Shown: one piece after another, positions 27,251 through 39,744 of the stretch
Layout: each line of letters begins with the position of its first letter
Numbering within the stretch: the stretch's first letter is position 1
DNA from: Octopus sinensis
Lineage: Eukaryota
Reading direction: 5' to 3'
NCBI RefSeq assembly: GCF_006345805.1
Contig: NC_043014.1
Location: 52,266,001-52,330,000 of the forward strand
DNA: 64,000 nucleotides
Program-made: the position numbers and the translations under genes
Notes under the pieces: generated by a model
Database searches by the model: none
What the model was told of the DNA's origin: nothing
What the model saw: the letters and a program-made list of their open reading frames with translations, nothing else

Positions 27251-29470
27251 CATAAGTGCGTACTCTGTACCAAAATATATTATTATTATTATTATTATTA
27301 CACTTTCATTCATTGTAATTTTCAATAATATAAGAAAATATCATTATTTTCACACGCATACACCTCCCACAAAAAACCCACTTCTTAACATTACTATTTC
27401 GATTGTTTTTACGTAATAATTATTTTCGTTATTCTTATTGTTCGAATTAGTAGTTATTATTTCAAATATTCATATTATTGAAACAAAGCCAAAATAAAAT
27501 TAAAGAATATATAATAAAAGTGATACGAAATTGAAATACTAAAGACATAAGAAATTTTGTAAATTACGTTATAAGACAATCGATTATGAAAGCCGGTTAT
27601 TCTGATAGCACTCGATCACAAAATTACGAGAGAAAATGTTGACAATATATAATAAATTTCTTTTTAAAAATTTGTATTTATTATTGCTTTTCAAATATGA
27701 TGAGTGTACGTTCATTATCAACATTTTATGGATATTTTGCATATCGGTTTTAGTGACGTATGCGGACACAACAGCAAAAGAAACATACCTATGTAATATG
27801 GAAATGAAATGCTTACCATCAAATTAAAACACTGAAAATTATTTATTTTGGGGGCTCTTTTAATCTTTTGCCATTTTAGTTGCTTTATTCATTGTGTTGT
27901 GGCCAAGTTGGAGCACAACGTGAGACCAGTACTTATTCTAAATACATGTGTTATGTTTTATGTTTTGACCAACAGCTGGCTTAAGGAAATGTTGAGCGAC
28001 TGCATTGTGTGAGAAGCGGTGAATGATACTCACACTCGCGCGTGCATCAGTTGCTTCGGCGTCCGCTAATTTTCTTCCGAGCATTCTACCAAATTCATTT
28101 GTGGTAGATTAGTCGGTTCGAAGCTAAATTATAAAACATACAAGTAAGTCTCAGTGCCAAGTGCATAAGAAGCGAGTATCTTGAGCATTTTGCCACAGTT
28201 GTGGATCGTATTTATCCATACAACCGCAGAAGTTCTCGTGTACATTCACTACATATTATATATCTCTCACTATATAAAGCTGAAGTTGTCTGAGTATGGC
28301 AGGTTTGGTAGCCTTCAACTAATACTATCTCCTCCAAGACCCTGCGGCACAAGTTGACCGAAATTGAGAGTGTGATAGAAGAAGGCTTGCTATTCCTTCC
28401 GTTGAAGGATAAATTCAAATCGGACCATGTTAACACCAAAAATTATTTACATCCAAATGGTGCTTTGTTCCTATGAAAATTCCTATTCTTTACGATTTTT
28501 TACTGCTGTGTCGCCAATTCTCCGTGTATTTCAACCAGGAAAATGTTCACTTAAAGAGAATAACAAGCTACATAATGCAAAATTTTTACTCTTCAAAAAT
28601 TCCAATTCTAAAGGGTCGAAACAACCCCGAACACCGCCGGGCGATACTGCTAGTATATTGTATAGCTATATATTGCAAGAATATGCGCCTCAAATAACAC
28701 TCACTGGACTTAAGAAGAAATGTAGAACATATGGTGCGATATGACGTTGAGTTTGAAAAAATTGCCATGGGGATTTCTTTAGAAGGATTATTATTCATTA
28801 ATATACTGAATGAAATCTGCCACAATACCAACAAAAATATTAACAACAGCGACAGAGCCGTTTGTATTGCCTTCACCGTTAAAGTTTGAAGTACAATTGT
28901 CAACATTTTGTTTCGATGATTAAAGAATAAATGTTTTAAATAGGTTACATGTAAATACGTCAGAAAAAATATAATTAGTCATCTTCACATTCCTTATAAA
29001 AATGGCTTCCAAATCTTGGTAGTTTGTGAGGTCAGATAACTTGTGAAGGATAAGTTTTTAAGGAAAGGCCAAATTAATTGGTTCTCTTTTTACTTCAATT
29101 GTACAAGGCCTAGGGTTTTATGGAACCTATATTTCTATTCGATAAACACACACTAATTCTTAGTTTATCAAACATAAACATACGGATTCTCAATATATAT
29201 TCAGACAAGAAATCTTTATTTCAGTTTATATTGTTTTCCTTTCACCTGGTTTTCACCATCTTTCTTGTTCCAGACTTTTCTAAAAATTTGCCTCGTGCTT
29301 TTGTTGATTATCTTACAGCTTTAACCTCTGGCCCTTAATTTGCCTTTGTTCCCCTTAAAGAAATCCATTTTCATCTTCATTATTAATCATTTTTCCCTTC
29401 ACCCCTACTTTTATTCTTCTGTATTTATTTTTTATTCTCCTTCTCTCCACCCAAACACTATTCGTTTAAA

Positions 29471-29856
29471 TGTGGAGGCGCAATGGCCCAGTGGTTAGGG
29501 CAGCGGACTCGCGGTCATAGGATCGCGGTTTCGATTCCCAGACCGGGCGTTGTGAGTGTTTATTGAGCGAAAACACCTAAAAGCTCCACGAGACTCCGGC
29601 AGGGGATGGTGGTGATCCCTGCTGTACTCTTTCACCACAACTTTCTCTCACTCTTACTTCCTGTTTCTGGTGAACCTGTATTACAAAGGGCCAGCCTTGT
29701 CACTCTCTCTGTCACGCTGAATATCCCCGAGAACTACGTCAAGGATACACGTGTCTGTGGAGTGCTCAGCCACTTACACGTTAATTTCACGAGCAGGCTG
29801 TTCCTTTGATTCGGATCAACCGGAACCCTCATCGTCGTAACCGACGGAGTGCTTCC
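29471..29856 (+). mobile_element. SINE family B, full length, with 11-12-bp target-site duplication
   Basis: attcgtttaaat at 29460-29471 and 29857-29868. Confidence 0.95.
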
Positions 29857-30276
29857 ATTCGTTTAAATTCACATGACTACACTCTCCAGCGAAAGATTCT
29901 ATTTAAAACTAAGATGTTACCACTTCATTTCAGCAAACACATTTATTCAAATTTGATTTGATTATGCTGGCTAATTTCCTGACGCATAACCAACACTAGT
30001 TTTCTCAGATCTTACTATTTCGTTTATCTTATCAAATTACTCTGTTTATGTAAACAACTAGACATTTCCGGCCACTGTAAATATATTCGGGGCAATAAAC
30101 TATTGTATATTGTAATAACTGAAATACAATGCACTGCATGGTGCTTGTTATCGGGAATAATATGGCAAATGTTTGGAGAACAAAATATAAATTATTGAAT
30201 TAATTTGCCATGAAGATAGAAATATTCCAGCATCCCGGATACTGGCTTTCCGTAGAAAAGTGTGAGAATATATATA

Positions 30277-30692
30277 TATTTCTTTACTGCCCAGAAGGGG
30301 TTAAACATAGAGGGGACAAACAAGGACAGACGAAGGGATTGAGTCGATTACATCGACCCCAGTGCGAAATTGGTACTTTATTTATCGACCCCGAAAGGAC
30401 GAAAGGCAAAGTTGAACTCGGCGGAATTTGAACTCAGAGCGTAACGACAGACGAAATACCTATTTCTTTATTACCCACAAGGGGCCAAACACAGAGGGGA
30501 CAAACAAGAACAGACATAGGTATTAAGTCGATTACATCGACCCCAGTGCATAACTGGTACTTAATTTATCGACCCCGAAAGGACGAAAGGCAAAGTTGAC
30601 CTCGGCCGAATTTGAACTCACAACGTAACGGCAGACGAAATACCGCTAAGCATTTCGCCCGGCGCGCTAACGTGTCTGCCAGCTCGCCGCCT
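30277..30692 (-). mobile_element. SINE family C, dimeric copy
   Basis: Same head + two 184-bp unit layout as 1915-2316, with the junction at 30460/30461. Confidence 0.95.
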
Positions 30693-30919
30693 AAAGAATA
30701 TATATAAAGTCTTTGTCAGTTCTGCTACAAAAACAACGCAACTATGCGACTAATATCTCTCTTTTCACTCCTTTCTTGAAAAAAAAAAAAGGAACACGTG
30801 TCTGAGACTTTATGGATGTCGCTACTCCCAAAGTGTCCAATCGCTGAAACTTAGTTTTCACCTTCAATCATTTTATAAATTGATCGAATGCAACATTAAA
30901 TTGAAAATGAAAACCTACA

Positions 30920-31085
30920 AGGCGCAGGAATGGCTGTGTGGTAAGTAGCTTGCTAACCAACCACATGGTTCCGGGTTCAGTCCCACTGCGTGGCATCTTG
31001 GGCAAGTGTCGTCTACTATAGCCCCGGGCCGACCAATTCCTTGTGAGTGGATTTGGTAGACGGAAACTGAAAGAAGCCCGTCGCA

Positions 31086-31124
<39 letters not shown>

Positions 31125-31295
31125 TATATATGTGTGTGTGTTTGTGTGTCTGTCCCCCCAGCATCGCTTGACAATCGATGCTGGTGTGTTTATGTCCCCG
31201 TTAGCGGTTCGGCAAAAGAGACCGATAGAATAAGTACTGGGCTTACAAAGAATTTGCTCGACTAAAGGCGCAATGACTGAAACAAGTAAAAGAGT
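30920..31295 (+). mobile_element. SINE family A with small internal deletions
   Basis: Head, (TA)n(TG)n linker and tail present. Confidence 0.9.
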
Positions 31296-31667
31296 AAGGT
31301 AGAGTTCTAGAAATAGAATTCATGACAATTTACAGATGCCAGTAATTTCGGTTCCTACGTAGATATCTAATATATCTAAGCTTTGGTTTGTATGGAGGAA
31401 TCTCACTATAGGTTTATTGGGCTGGGTAGAGGCTCTGCCGCCTTTTTAATCAGTTTCTACAGATTAATATGCATATTGTTTAACGGACACATGAGTATAT
31501 ATTCATCAAAACAGTGAGTTTCCAAAAAGTAACCCATGAATATTAGGATATTTCCTCACTCACACATTATATGACGCATGCGATATCTTCCAGTGGTGGT
31601 GCCCCAGCATGACCGCAGCTTTCAATCTGAAACTAGTTAAAATATTTCACACACACATATATATATA

Positions 31668-31845
31668 GGCGATTTTTTTCCTCTGTCTTCCCTTCTCTGG
31701 ATCTTTCCTTTTTCTATGTTTCCGACGAAGAGCTCCGCTCGAAACGTTAAACCCTCCTTCTTTCCTGAGCGTCCAATAATACTATATTTGTTCCACGTCC
31801 TCGCGTTGTTGTGTTTTTTTGTGCTTTCTTGTTTGGATCAACTAT
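31668..31845 (+). mobile_element. Short Penelope-like non-autonomous element
   Basis: Contains the hammerhead-like motif below and ends at (TA)n/(TG)n. Homologous to 117-305. Confidence 0.65.
31718..31752 (+). ncRNA. Minimal type-I hammerhead ribozyme motif with one core substitution
   Basis: gttt-CCGACGA-a-GAGC(tcc)GCTC-GAA-ACGT-t-aaac. Helix I gttt/aaac, helix II 4 bp, palindromic helix III. U4 is replaced by C. Confidence 0.6.
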
Positions 31846-31871
31846 ACATATATATATATGTGTGTGTGTGT

Positions 31872-31917
<46 letters not shown>

Positions 31918-32796
31918 CATTCAAAATATCACTTAAGGTGTTGCATGCGCACACCTAATCAAATCTAATGAGTTGCCCATTTCTATTCATACAAAAACGT
32001 AATTTAAAATCGAGTCAAACTGTTAAGATGTGTGTGTGCATATAGGTATACGTGCATACGTATGCCTATAAGTGTGTGTGCATATCCAATACATATTATT
32101 GAGTTCAGTTAGTAGTATGTGGCCTCCATTTTGGGATGAGACGACAAGTAATTAATCAGTAATAGTAAATGCAATATTTTCCTGAAGGCCGTGTACTTCA
32201 ATAAGTCAACTTTTATATGCATTCACCAATATTAGAAATTCTAGAAGCAAATAAATTCAAAAAAGCATCAAATCACTAATATATATATTGACCGATCGAA
32301 TTTTGCATTTTATTTATTTCGTATTTTCAATATTATTAAAGTTTGAAAATGTGAGGCTTGCATTAGCCAATGGCTTGTATGCATTTCAATGACTATTCAT
32401 TTCCAGTTTTAAAAATAGATTCACTCTTCAACTCCGCTGACATGCAATTTGCATTTGTCATTTCTGTTTTTTTTTTCTTCGTATTTCCAACTTTAGTATC
32501 GTTGTAATTACAGTTAGCCAGCCCATAGCTAATACTTTTAAATATTACAGCAATAATTATTAGATTTTACATATATGACATGATGCAATAATATAATATA
32601 GTTTACGGTTGTTGGTTTTGGTTCGAATTTTTAGTTTTATTTAGAATGTAATATTAAATAAACATGTGTCGTGACATTTAAATTGAATACGTCTCACCGA
32701 AGCATTAAATAACAGATGACTTAATTTTGTCTCTATTACTTGATATGCTATGAAACTTAACCATATCTCAGAACGTCGGAATATCATTTAAATTAA

Positions 32797-32845
<49 letters not shown>

Positions 32846-33497
32846 AAATGCCTACTTCGTGTGCTTGACACGTTAAAATATTCATGCATGCTAATGACAC
32901 AACTGCAAAATAATTTCGTCTGCAAAAATCAATACATTAGCAGCAAAATTATGGATTGATATGTTTTGTAACAGCAGTAGTTTCTGTAACACATCATGAA
33001 TAGTTTCGTTTGGTGATTTCTATTAACGACAACGTCATAATTTCTTGTTCTGTCAAAGGTAAAATAAATGAGCTGCTGCGATTAGTAATTTGCATCTGAT
33101 ACAGCAGCGACTACCATAACAAACGTTAATATTCTCTGCAGATTTGATGGTACGTGTTAACGAGTCAGTTAATCTACTCGCATTTTGGAGACTTACTGTT
33201 TAAGGGACCAGCTGTTCTTTACCGTACAGATCCTAATTAAGCCGACCTATTATAAATTACTACCTTGCCCGACACATCTTATTGTTATATACTTTCTTTA
33301 TTAAGGACTATATAAAACACTTCATATTTTCCCTTTTCATAAGATTACAGGGATATTTCGCAGCAGTTTCTAGCCATCCTTTTATGGTGCGGAACTTACG
33401 TGTTTATTGTACTTATACGCAATTAGAAAATTACTATTTGGAAATCTCACAACGAGAGATATTCAGCAACAGTACTTTGGAGTAAAGATTATGTGCT

Positions 33498-33710
33498 AAC
33501 ATAACATGGCAGTCCTGGTTTAGGACGACTGTTGCTGTAATTTAGCCCCAGGAGACATCGTCTCCAGCTGCCTATACGACACGATCTGTATCCTTTATAT
33601 TTTCGAAAATATATGGACACAGATCGTGTCGTATAGCCAGCTGGAGACGACGCCTCTTCGGGCTAGATCACAACCACATTCGTCTTAAACCAGGACTGCT
33701 ATGCTATGTT
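33498..33710. mobile_element. 213-bp foldback palindrome (MITE-like)
   Basis: The whole element is its own reverse complement with scattered mismatches. Centre atattttcgaaaatat at 33597-33612. Confidence 0.85.
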
Positions 33711-34792
33711 GGGAAATAATCTTTACTCCGTATACGCTATTGCTTAGTTCCATCGAATTTCTGAGTAGCTATAGACTCAGAATTGCATTATGTAATTAAT
33801 TAGTTTTGGCATGTGATTCGAACGCCTTTGACGGTTATTTTTAATAGAAGGAAGCACTTTAGAGAGCTTCATTCCATAAATCATTGGTCTAAGAACCGCC
33901 GTACGCCAATAGAAACATTTTTGTCTTCAGCTATTTAAATATTTTTGATTGTTTTTCGAGATGATAGGTAACATTGAAATTGGGTCCGATTGTATGAGCA
34001 CTACGTTAAAAAAAATATAAGTCGATTTGTTCGACTACAATTCCTGAAGGCGGTGCCCCAGCATGGCCGCAGTCTAATGACAGCAACAAGTAATATGTGA
34101 GTGAAATAACCAAAAGGTTACGAAAGTGAAAACGACCGGATGAGACGGTGTCCTTCCAGAGGATTTTTGGGACCAACATTATTCGACCGTAGGATCTCTG
34201 CATTGGAAGTTCACAGCTCTGGTCCTAATGGATGTGTTGTTACATTGCCGAAAGCAAGTCTCACAAAAGAAGGATTCTTCAACTGAAGCCAGCTAACAGA
34301 AGGACTTGAGGGAGACCGATAACCCATAGTTTTACTAGGTGACGCTTGGGAATACTGCCGGAAACAGTAAGAGTTCGCTGCTGAGAGGACTTGATCGACG
34401 AAGTGACTCAGGAATCTACCTCCGCCCATTTCCCATAAATATTAGGCGGGGAAGATGGATAAATGGCTAGAATAATCAACAATTTATAGATAATTCTTTT
34501 TCAATAGACCATCAGCTGAGAATGTCTACTTACAGATTGACTTAATTTTCCAAAACATTATCATATTTAGGCTCTCAACGGAGAATGGAGTAGAATATAT
34601 TATTCCGGAGCATGGAGTCAGAAAGACATGGAAAATATCCGGCTGTATGTATTTTGCATTTTATTGTTACTTACAATGATTTCCGAATTTCTTCAGCGCC
34701 ATGCAACCACACAATTACTTATAGATAATATCCATTTCTAAACACCAAACAATCGGTTCTATTTATATAACACTAATGCATCGTTTATGTAC

Positions 34793-35450
34793 GTATCTAT
34801 AAAATGCTCAGGCATATAAATATACTTTCATGTGCTTTATTATTATTGTAGAAGTAGTAGTAGTAGAAGTAGTAGTAGTTTACTGCCCAGAAGTGGTACG
34901 TTTTTATTGACTCTACCGGAAATTAAAATTTCATTTTATCTTTCTATAAAATAGATACATTTTGCTAAAGAAACACAAATTCAATGAATAGACATCATTC
35001 ATGCACTGATCCTTTATCATTATCGACTCTTGGCAGGAGAGAATTCAAATTTGGCTCTCCTGGTATTTGAACTCAGAGGTATTAGCCTCACTAGATACAG
35101 CAAGAGATGTTGTCCAACGTTCTTCCTGCCAGCCACCGCTCTTTCTGTCAATCACCGCCTTTTTCTCCCGTGGACACCCCCCCTAATGTTTATTAATGAG
35201 AAGCTATTAAATTATGGCGGCCATATTTATGTTGTTTGTTCTGAAGATTGTATTTCAAGACAGGAAGAAAGAACACTGTATCTATAAAATTTTCAGGTAT
35301 ATAAATATACTTTCATGTGCCTTATTATTGTTGTTGTAGTCGTAGTAGTAGTAGTATCAGCAGTAGTAGCAGTAGTAGTACTAATTTACTGCCTAGAAGT
35401 GGTACGTTTTTATCGACTCTACCGGAAATTAAAATTTCATTTTACCTTTC
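34793..35450 (+). repeat. Direct repeat (34793-34944 / 35278-35450)
   Basis: gtatctataaaat..tcagg.atataaatatactttcatgtgc...(GTA)n...accggaaattaaaatttcatttta in both copies. Confidence 0.9.
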
Positions 35451-36414
35451 AAATTTGACCTGTGATGATAGAGTTAGAACAAGGAGCACACAAGCGTCTC
35501 GCCAACGCACTACTGATTGCAACAATTCGACGACTTAATGATACACAACTACATCTTTCCATCTCCACCCGGTGTCTTTAACCCTTAGGCTAATGTTTGA
35601 TTTTTAACCCCAAGTATGTCTACGGTAACACCATCTGCTGAGTATATAGCAGACATTTTATGTAATTTACTCAACATCGATTTTTCGTTAATAATCTTTA
35701 TTCTTTCTTTACTACTATACGAAGATATTTAGTTTTGGTGCCACTCCAACCATCGTTCCATCTAACTTCTGGTTTTGAGATATATAAGTTTGACTTTTAA
35801 GTTATTTCACTTCTATTTCAAATGGATTGCCCAAAGCATAGATTCTCCTGTTTTGTCGTCAGTAATTTGTGCCGTAGACATAACATTTCTAACACAAAAT
35901 CTTTTTCAAATGCTGACAGAAAAATTTAATGAAATACTGCATATTACACCTTCATCTCCATATGCAATGTAGTGGACTTCAACAAAGTTAAGAGATTTTA
36001 ATTTGGAAGACGATTACACAATAACCAGGTCCAAATCCAATGACACCGTTGTTTTCGACTCAACAGTGTCATGCAAATTTAATAATTCCAACAGTCGTAA
36101 AACCAATTTTCTGCAGACATTATTGACAAATAATTATTTTTAATGACACATATTTTACAAAACCAACTAATGGAATATTAATTCTTTTTTCCATGAGATA
36201 TCAGAAATAATAATTTTGGTGGGGGAGAGAAGAATGTGATAGGAGCGTTTTTTTTTACCCTATATTATTTCTGATTAAACAAAACTCTGACGAACCTTTA
36301 TTTTAAAATATCACAAAATGCATTATCGAAAATGCCATTTCGTTTTTGTGTGACGATGGTTTTCACTATAACATTAGCAGATTGAGTAGAATGTTGTTCA
36401 GATATTCTATGTAT

Positions 36415-36451
<37 letters not shown>

Positions 36452-37480
36452 GGTGGATGAAGAAAATTGAAGTTAATATGCGTATACAGTTCTTGTTAGC
36501 CTAAATAGGTTTGGAATTTAGGCACAAAGCTTGAAATTTGGGGAATAGGACTAGACGATTACTAGGCGCCAGTACATAACTGGTAATTATTTTATTGACC
36601 GCGAAGGATGAAAAGTAAAGTGACCGTCGGTGAAATTTGACCTGAGAATGTAAAGGCCGCAAAGCATTTTTGCTCGGTGTTCTAACGAATCTCCCTGCTC
36701 GCCGCTTCTAGCTACCCCTAATATCAGCATCACTGTATAAAGCCGAATCTGTCACAAAGACTACAAACATCCTATTGAACTGCTAGTTATACAAGTCAAA
36801 TCTCCAGCAACTCACATTTTAATTTCATATGACATAACAAAACGTGGTCACATTAAATCACGTAGTCTCCGATTCACGATATCTGTAAATAGATTTAGTA
36901 ATGATTGAAATGCATTTGATCCTAATTCTAATTTATTTTGCACAGATTATGAACGGTAAAAATTGAATATAGTCATAGCAGTAATGTTTTTGATCATAGG
37001 GTGGTTAAATCCTGTGTGACATGGGGGCTAAACAACAGGAACAACACAAATACATAAATCATGGTTTTTAGTTATTGATGATTTCAGATTGAACGTCAAA
37101 CTGGATTATCGGGATATTTTCAATGATGGCAAAAGCATAAATTTGAAAGAAAAAACATAAAAAGATATAAAACGCAAATAAAATCTAACGCAGTGTTCTT
37201 TCTTCCTGTCTTGAAATACAATCTTCAGAACAAATAACATAAAGATGGCCGCCATAATTTAATAGCTTCTCATTAATAAAGATTGAGGGTGGTGTCCACG
37301 GGAGAAAAAGGCGGTGATTGACAGAAAGAGCGGCGGCTAGCAGGAAGAACGTTGGACAACATCTCTTGCTGTATATAGTGAGGCCAATACCTCTGAGTTC
37401 AAATACCATGAGAGCCAAGTTTGAATTCCCTCCAGCCAAGAGTCGATAATGATAAAGGATCAGTGCATGAATGATGTCTA
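34989..37480. repeat. 290-bp inverted duplication (34989-35278 / 37191-37480)
   Basis: Arms are reverse complements with about a dozen differences by eye. The ORF track shows the same peptide on both strands (35030+ and 37439-). Confidence 0.95.
36517..36708 (-). mobile_element. SINE family C, degenerate copy
   Basis: actggtaattattttattgaccgcgaaggatgaaaagtaaagt..., head ending ctcgccgctt. Confidence 0.65.
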
Positions 37481-37711
37481 ATTATTGGATTTGTGCTTCT
37501 TTAGCATGTTCAGCTTAGGAAGTGGATTATCATCAATTCGAGATAAACACTGATGCTAAATCCTTCCAAGGTTAACTTTGAGATTAGCATTAAGATATCG
37601 CTAACGAAAATAATTAACAGAAAATTAGTAGGCGTCATTTGATCGATCACATTGAATGAAGAAAAATTATAGAATGAAGTAATTTTAGAAATCAACATTC
37701 AAGATACACAA

Positions 37712-38089
37712 ACGTTAGCACGCTGGGCAAAATGCTTAGCGGTATTTCGTCTGCCGCTACGTTCTGAGTTCAAATTCCGCCGAGGTCGACTTTGCCTTTC
37801 ATCATTTCGGGTTCGATTAAATAAGTACCAGTTACGCACTGGAGTCGATATAATCGACTTAACCCGTTTGTCTGTCCTTGTTTGTCCCCTCTGTGTGTAT
37901 CTCCTTGTGGGCAGTAAATAAATAGGTGTTTCGTCTGAAGTTACGTTCAGAGTTCAAATTCGACTGAGGTCAACATTGCACTCCATTCTTCAGGGCAAAT
38001 GAGAAAAGTACCATTTGAATACTGAGGTCGGTGTAATCGACTTACTCCTTCCCCAGAAATTGCTGGCCTTGTGCCAAAATTTGAAACCA
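37712..38089 (+). mobile_element. SINE family C, dimeric copy
   Basis: First unit conserved, second unit diverged. Junction aaatag|gtgtttcgtctg at 37925/37926. Confidence 0.9.
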
Positions 38090-39240
38090 ATAATGTTTAT
38101 TTTTTATAAATATATGAATGTGTCCTAAGCATAACTATTGAGCGATTGCTCTTTCTTCTAAGTCAAATACATAATTCTCGCTACTGGTGTTGTTTAGTGT
38201 TCCATTGCACAAATTCAGTTGGACTGAGACCGAATGCAGTTTCATCCAGGGGAACAACACCTTTACAGGTGTATGTGAGAATAATCATCTTTATAAGTAT
38301 GTATGAGAAAGGTCATGAATGAGCGCCGGGTCTAGTGGTTAGGAGGGTTACGACTTTCGCATTCTTTATTTTGATTCCCAGACCGGTTGTTTCCTTGCAT
38401 TTTCGAGCAAAGCATTTGATCTCTCGTTACTCCGCAATCACTTCGACATTTGATGTGTATCACCCCACGCACCTGTGCTGGCAATGTCGATTTTGTTACT
38501 ATAAACAAATCATATATGTCCGTCGCTCGGCATGTCATTTTAAAACCCTCTTCCCTGGAGTCGAGAGACTACCAACTACAATGAGAATACACATCATTTA
38601 AGGAATCCTTGGGAAAGCACAGAAGATTTGATGTTATTGTTATATCGAATAGTATACGTTTAATCCAAAGTAGATTGTTTTTTTCAACATGGTAAGTTAC
38701 ATGAAATCTCGGAAGACAGGTGATTTAGTGATTACGATGTTCGTCTTATGATCATAACGTTTAGGGATTAATTTCTGGAGCTGACAGTTTGGTGCGTTCT
38801 TGAAGAAGTCACTTCAGTTCTTGTTGTTCCAGTCTACGCAGGGGCAACGCGTTCCAGCTGAGTTCTGACAAGACTTCTTTTCCTACTGCAACAGTCACTT
38901 CCACTAATGCTGAGCCTCGTTAAGTGTGAGGGTCGCCAAGAGAGATGGCTCTGTTATTGCAAATATTTCGTTACTTAAAGCAGTTACCGAAAGTAATAAT
39001 GAATGTTCCTAAGTCCCCCTGGGTCACATGTGACGCTTGGCTGATATTTGCTTTACCGAAGATATTTTTCCTTTGGAGCAAAATGGAAGTGAATATATCA
39101 ATTTATTGAATACACCCACATTCACTTAAGGAGACTTTTTTTCCAATACGTTTCCATATCAGGGGATATGGAAACCATGCAAATATGTGTGTGTGGTGTG
39201 TGTGTGTGTGTACGTTGTGCTGCATGAATAAATCTATGGC

Positions 39241-39486
39241 AGGAGAGAAAGGACACCACAAATGGACATCCAACAAAAGACAACATGCAAAAAATATACG
39301 ATAACATAACAAACGGTAAACAGGACAGAAACAAGGCACACGGAAACTGGAAGGTCCCTGGGCGAAGAAGAAATCGGTTACGAATGATCCGTGTATCTTG
39401 TTCTCGTTGCCGTTTGTTATGTGTTCGTCCATTTTACAGCATGTTGTGCCTTGTTGGATTTCCGCTTGTTGTGTTCCTTCTGTCCT
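39241..39486. repeat. ~100-bp imperfect inverted repeat (39241-39344 / 39388-39486)
   Basis: atccaacaaaagacaacatgc...acataacaaacgg...cacgga versus its reverse complement, with a 43-bp spacer. Confidence 0.85.
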
Positions 39487-39634
39487 ACCCTTCACTTATA
39501 TACATACATATGTGTGTGTGTGTGTGTGTGTATTTCCCTTGTTTACACCATTTTATTCCTTTGGAATGATACCAGTGATACCTTCGTATCATTTTTCGGG
39601 AGTAAAAGAATTTGAATAACACCTGCGTTTAACT

Positions 39635-39682
<48 letters not shown>

Positions 39683-39704
39683 TATATATATGTGTGTGTG
39701 TGTG

Positions 39705-39744
<40 letters not shown>

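Noticed and set aside
29471-29545. SINE heads as tRNA genes
   Set aside because: A- and B-box-like motifs are present, but there is no complete acceptor stem and each continues into a SINE body with a TSD.
32300-33300. Octamer (ATGCAAAT) motifs as a POU enhancer cluster
   Set aside because: The handful seen across the window is close to chance expectation for this base composition.
34140-34300. GVLP/LGPTLF as an RT motif remnant
   Set aside because: Only one short frameshifted motif, with no following YADD.
35560-36150. Minus-strand coding-like stretch (ITDDKTGESMLWA, WNDGWSG)
   Set aside because: Multiple stops and no coherent family match.
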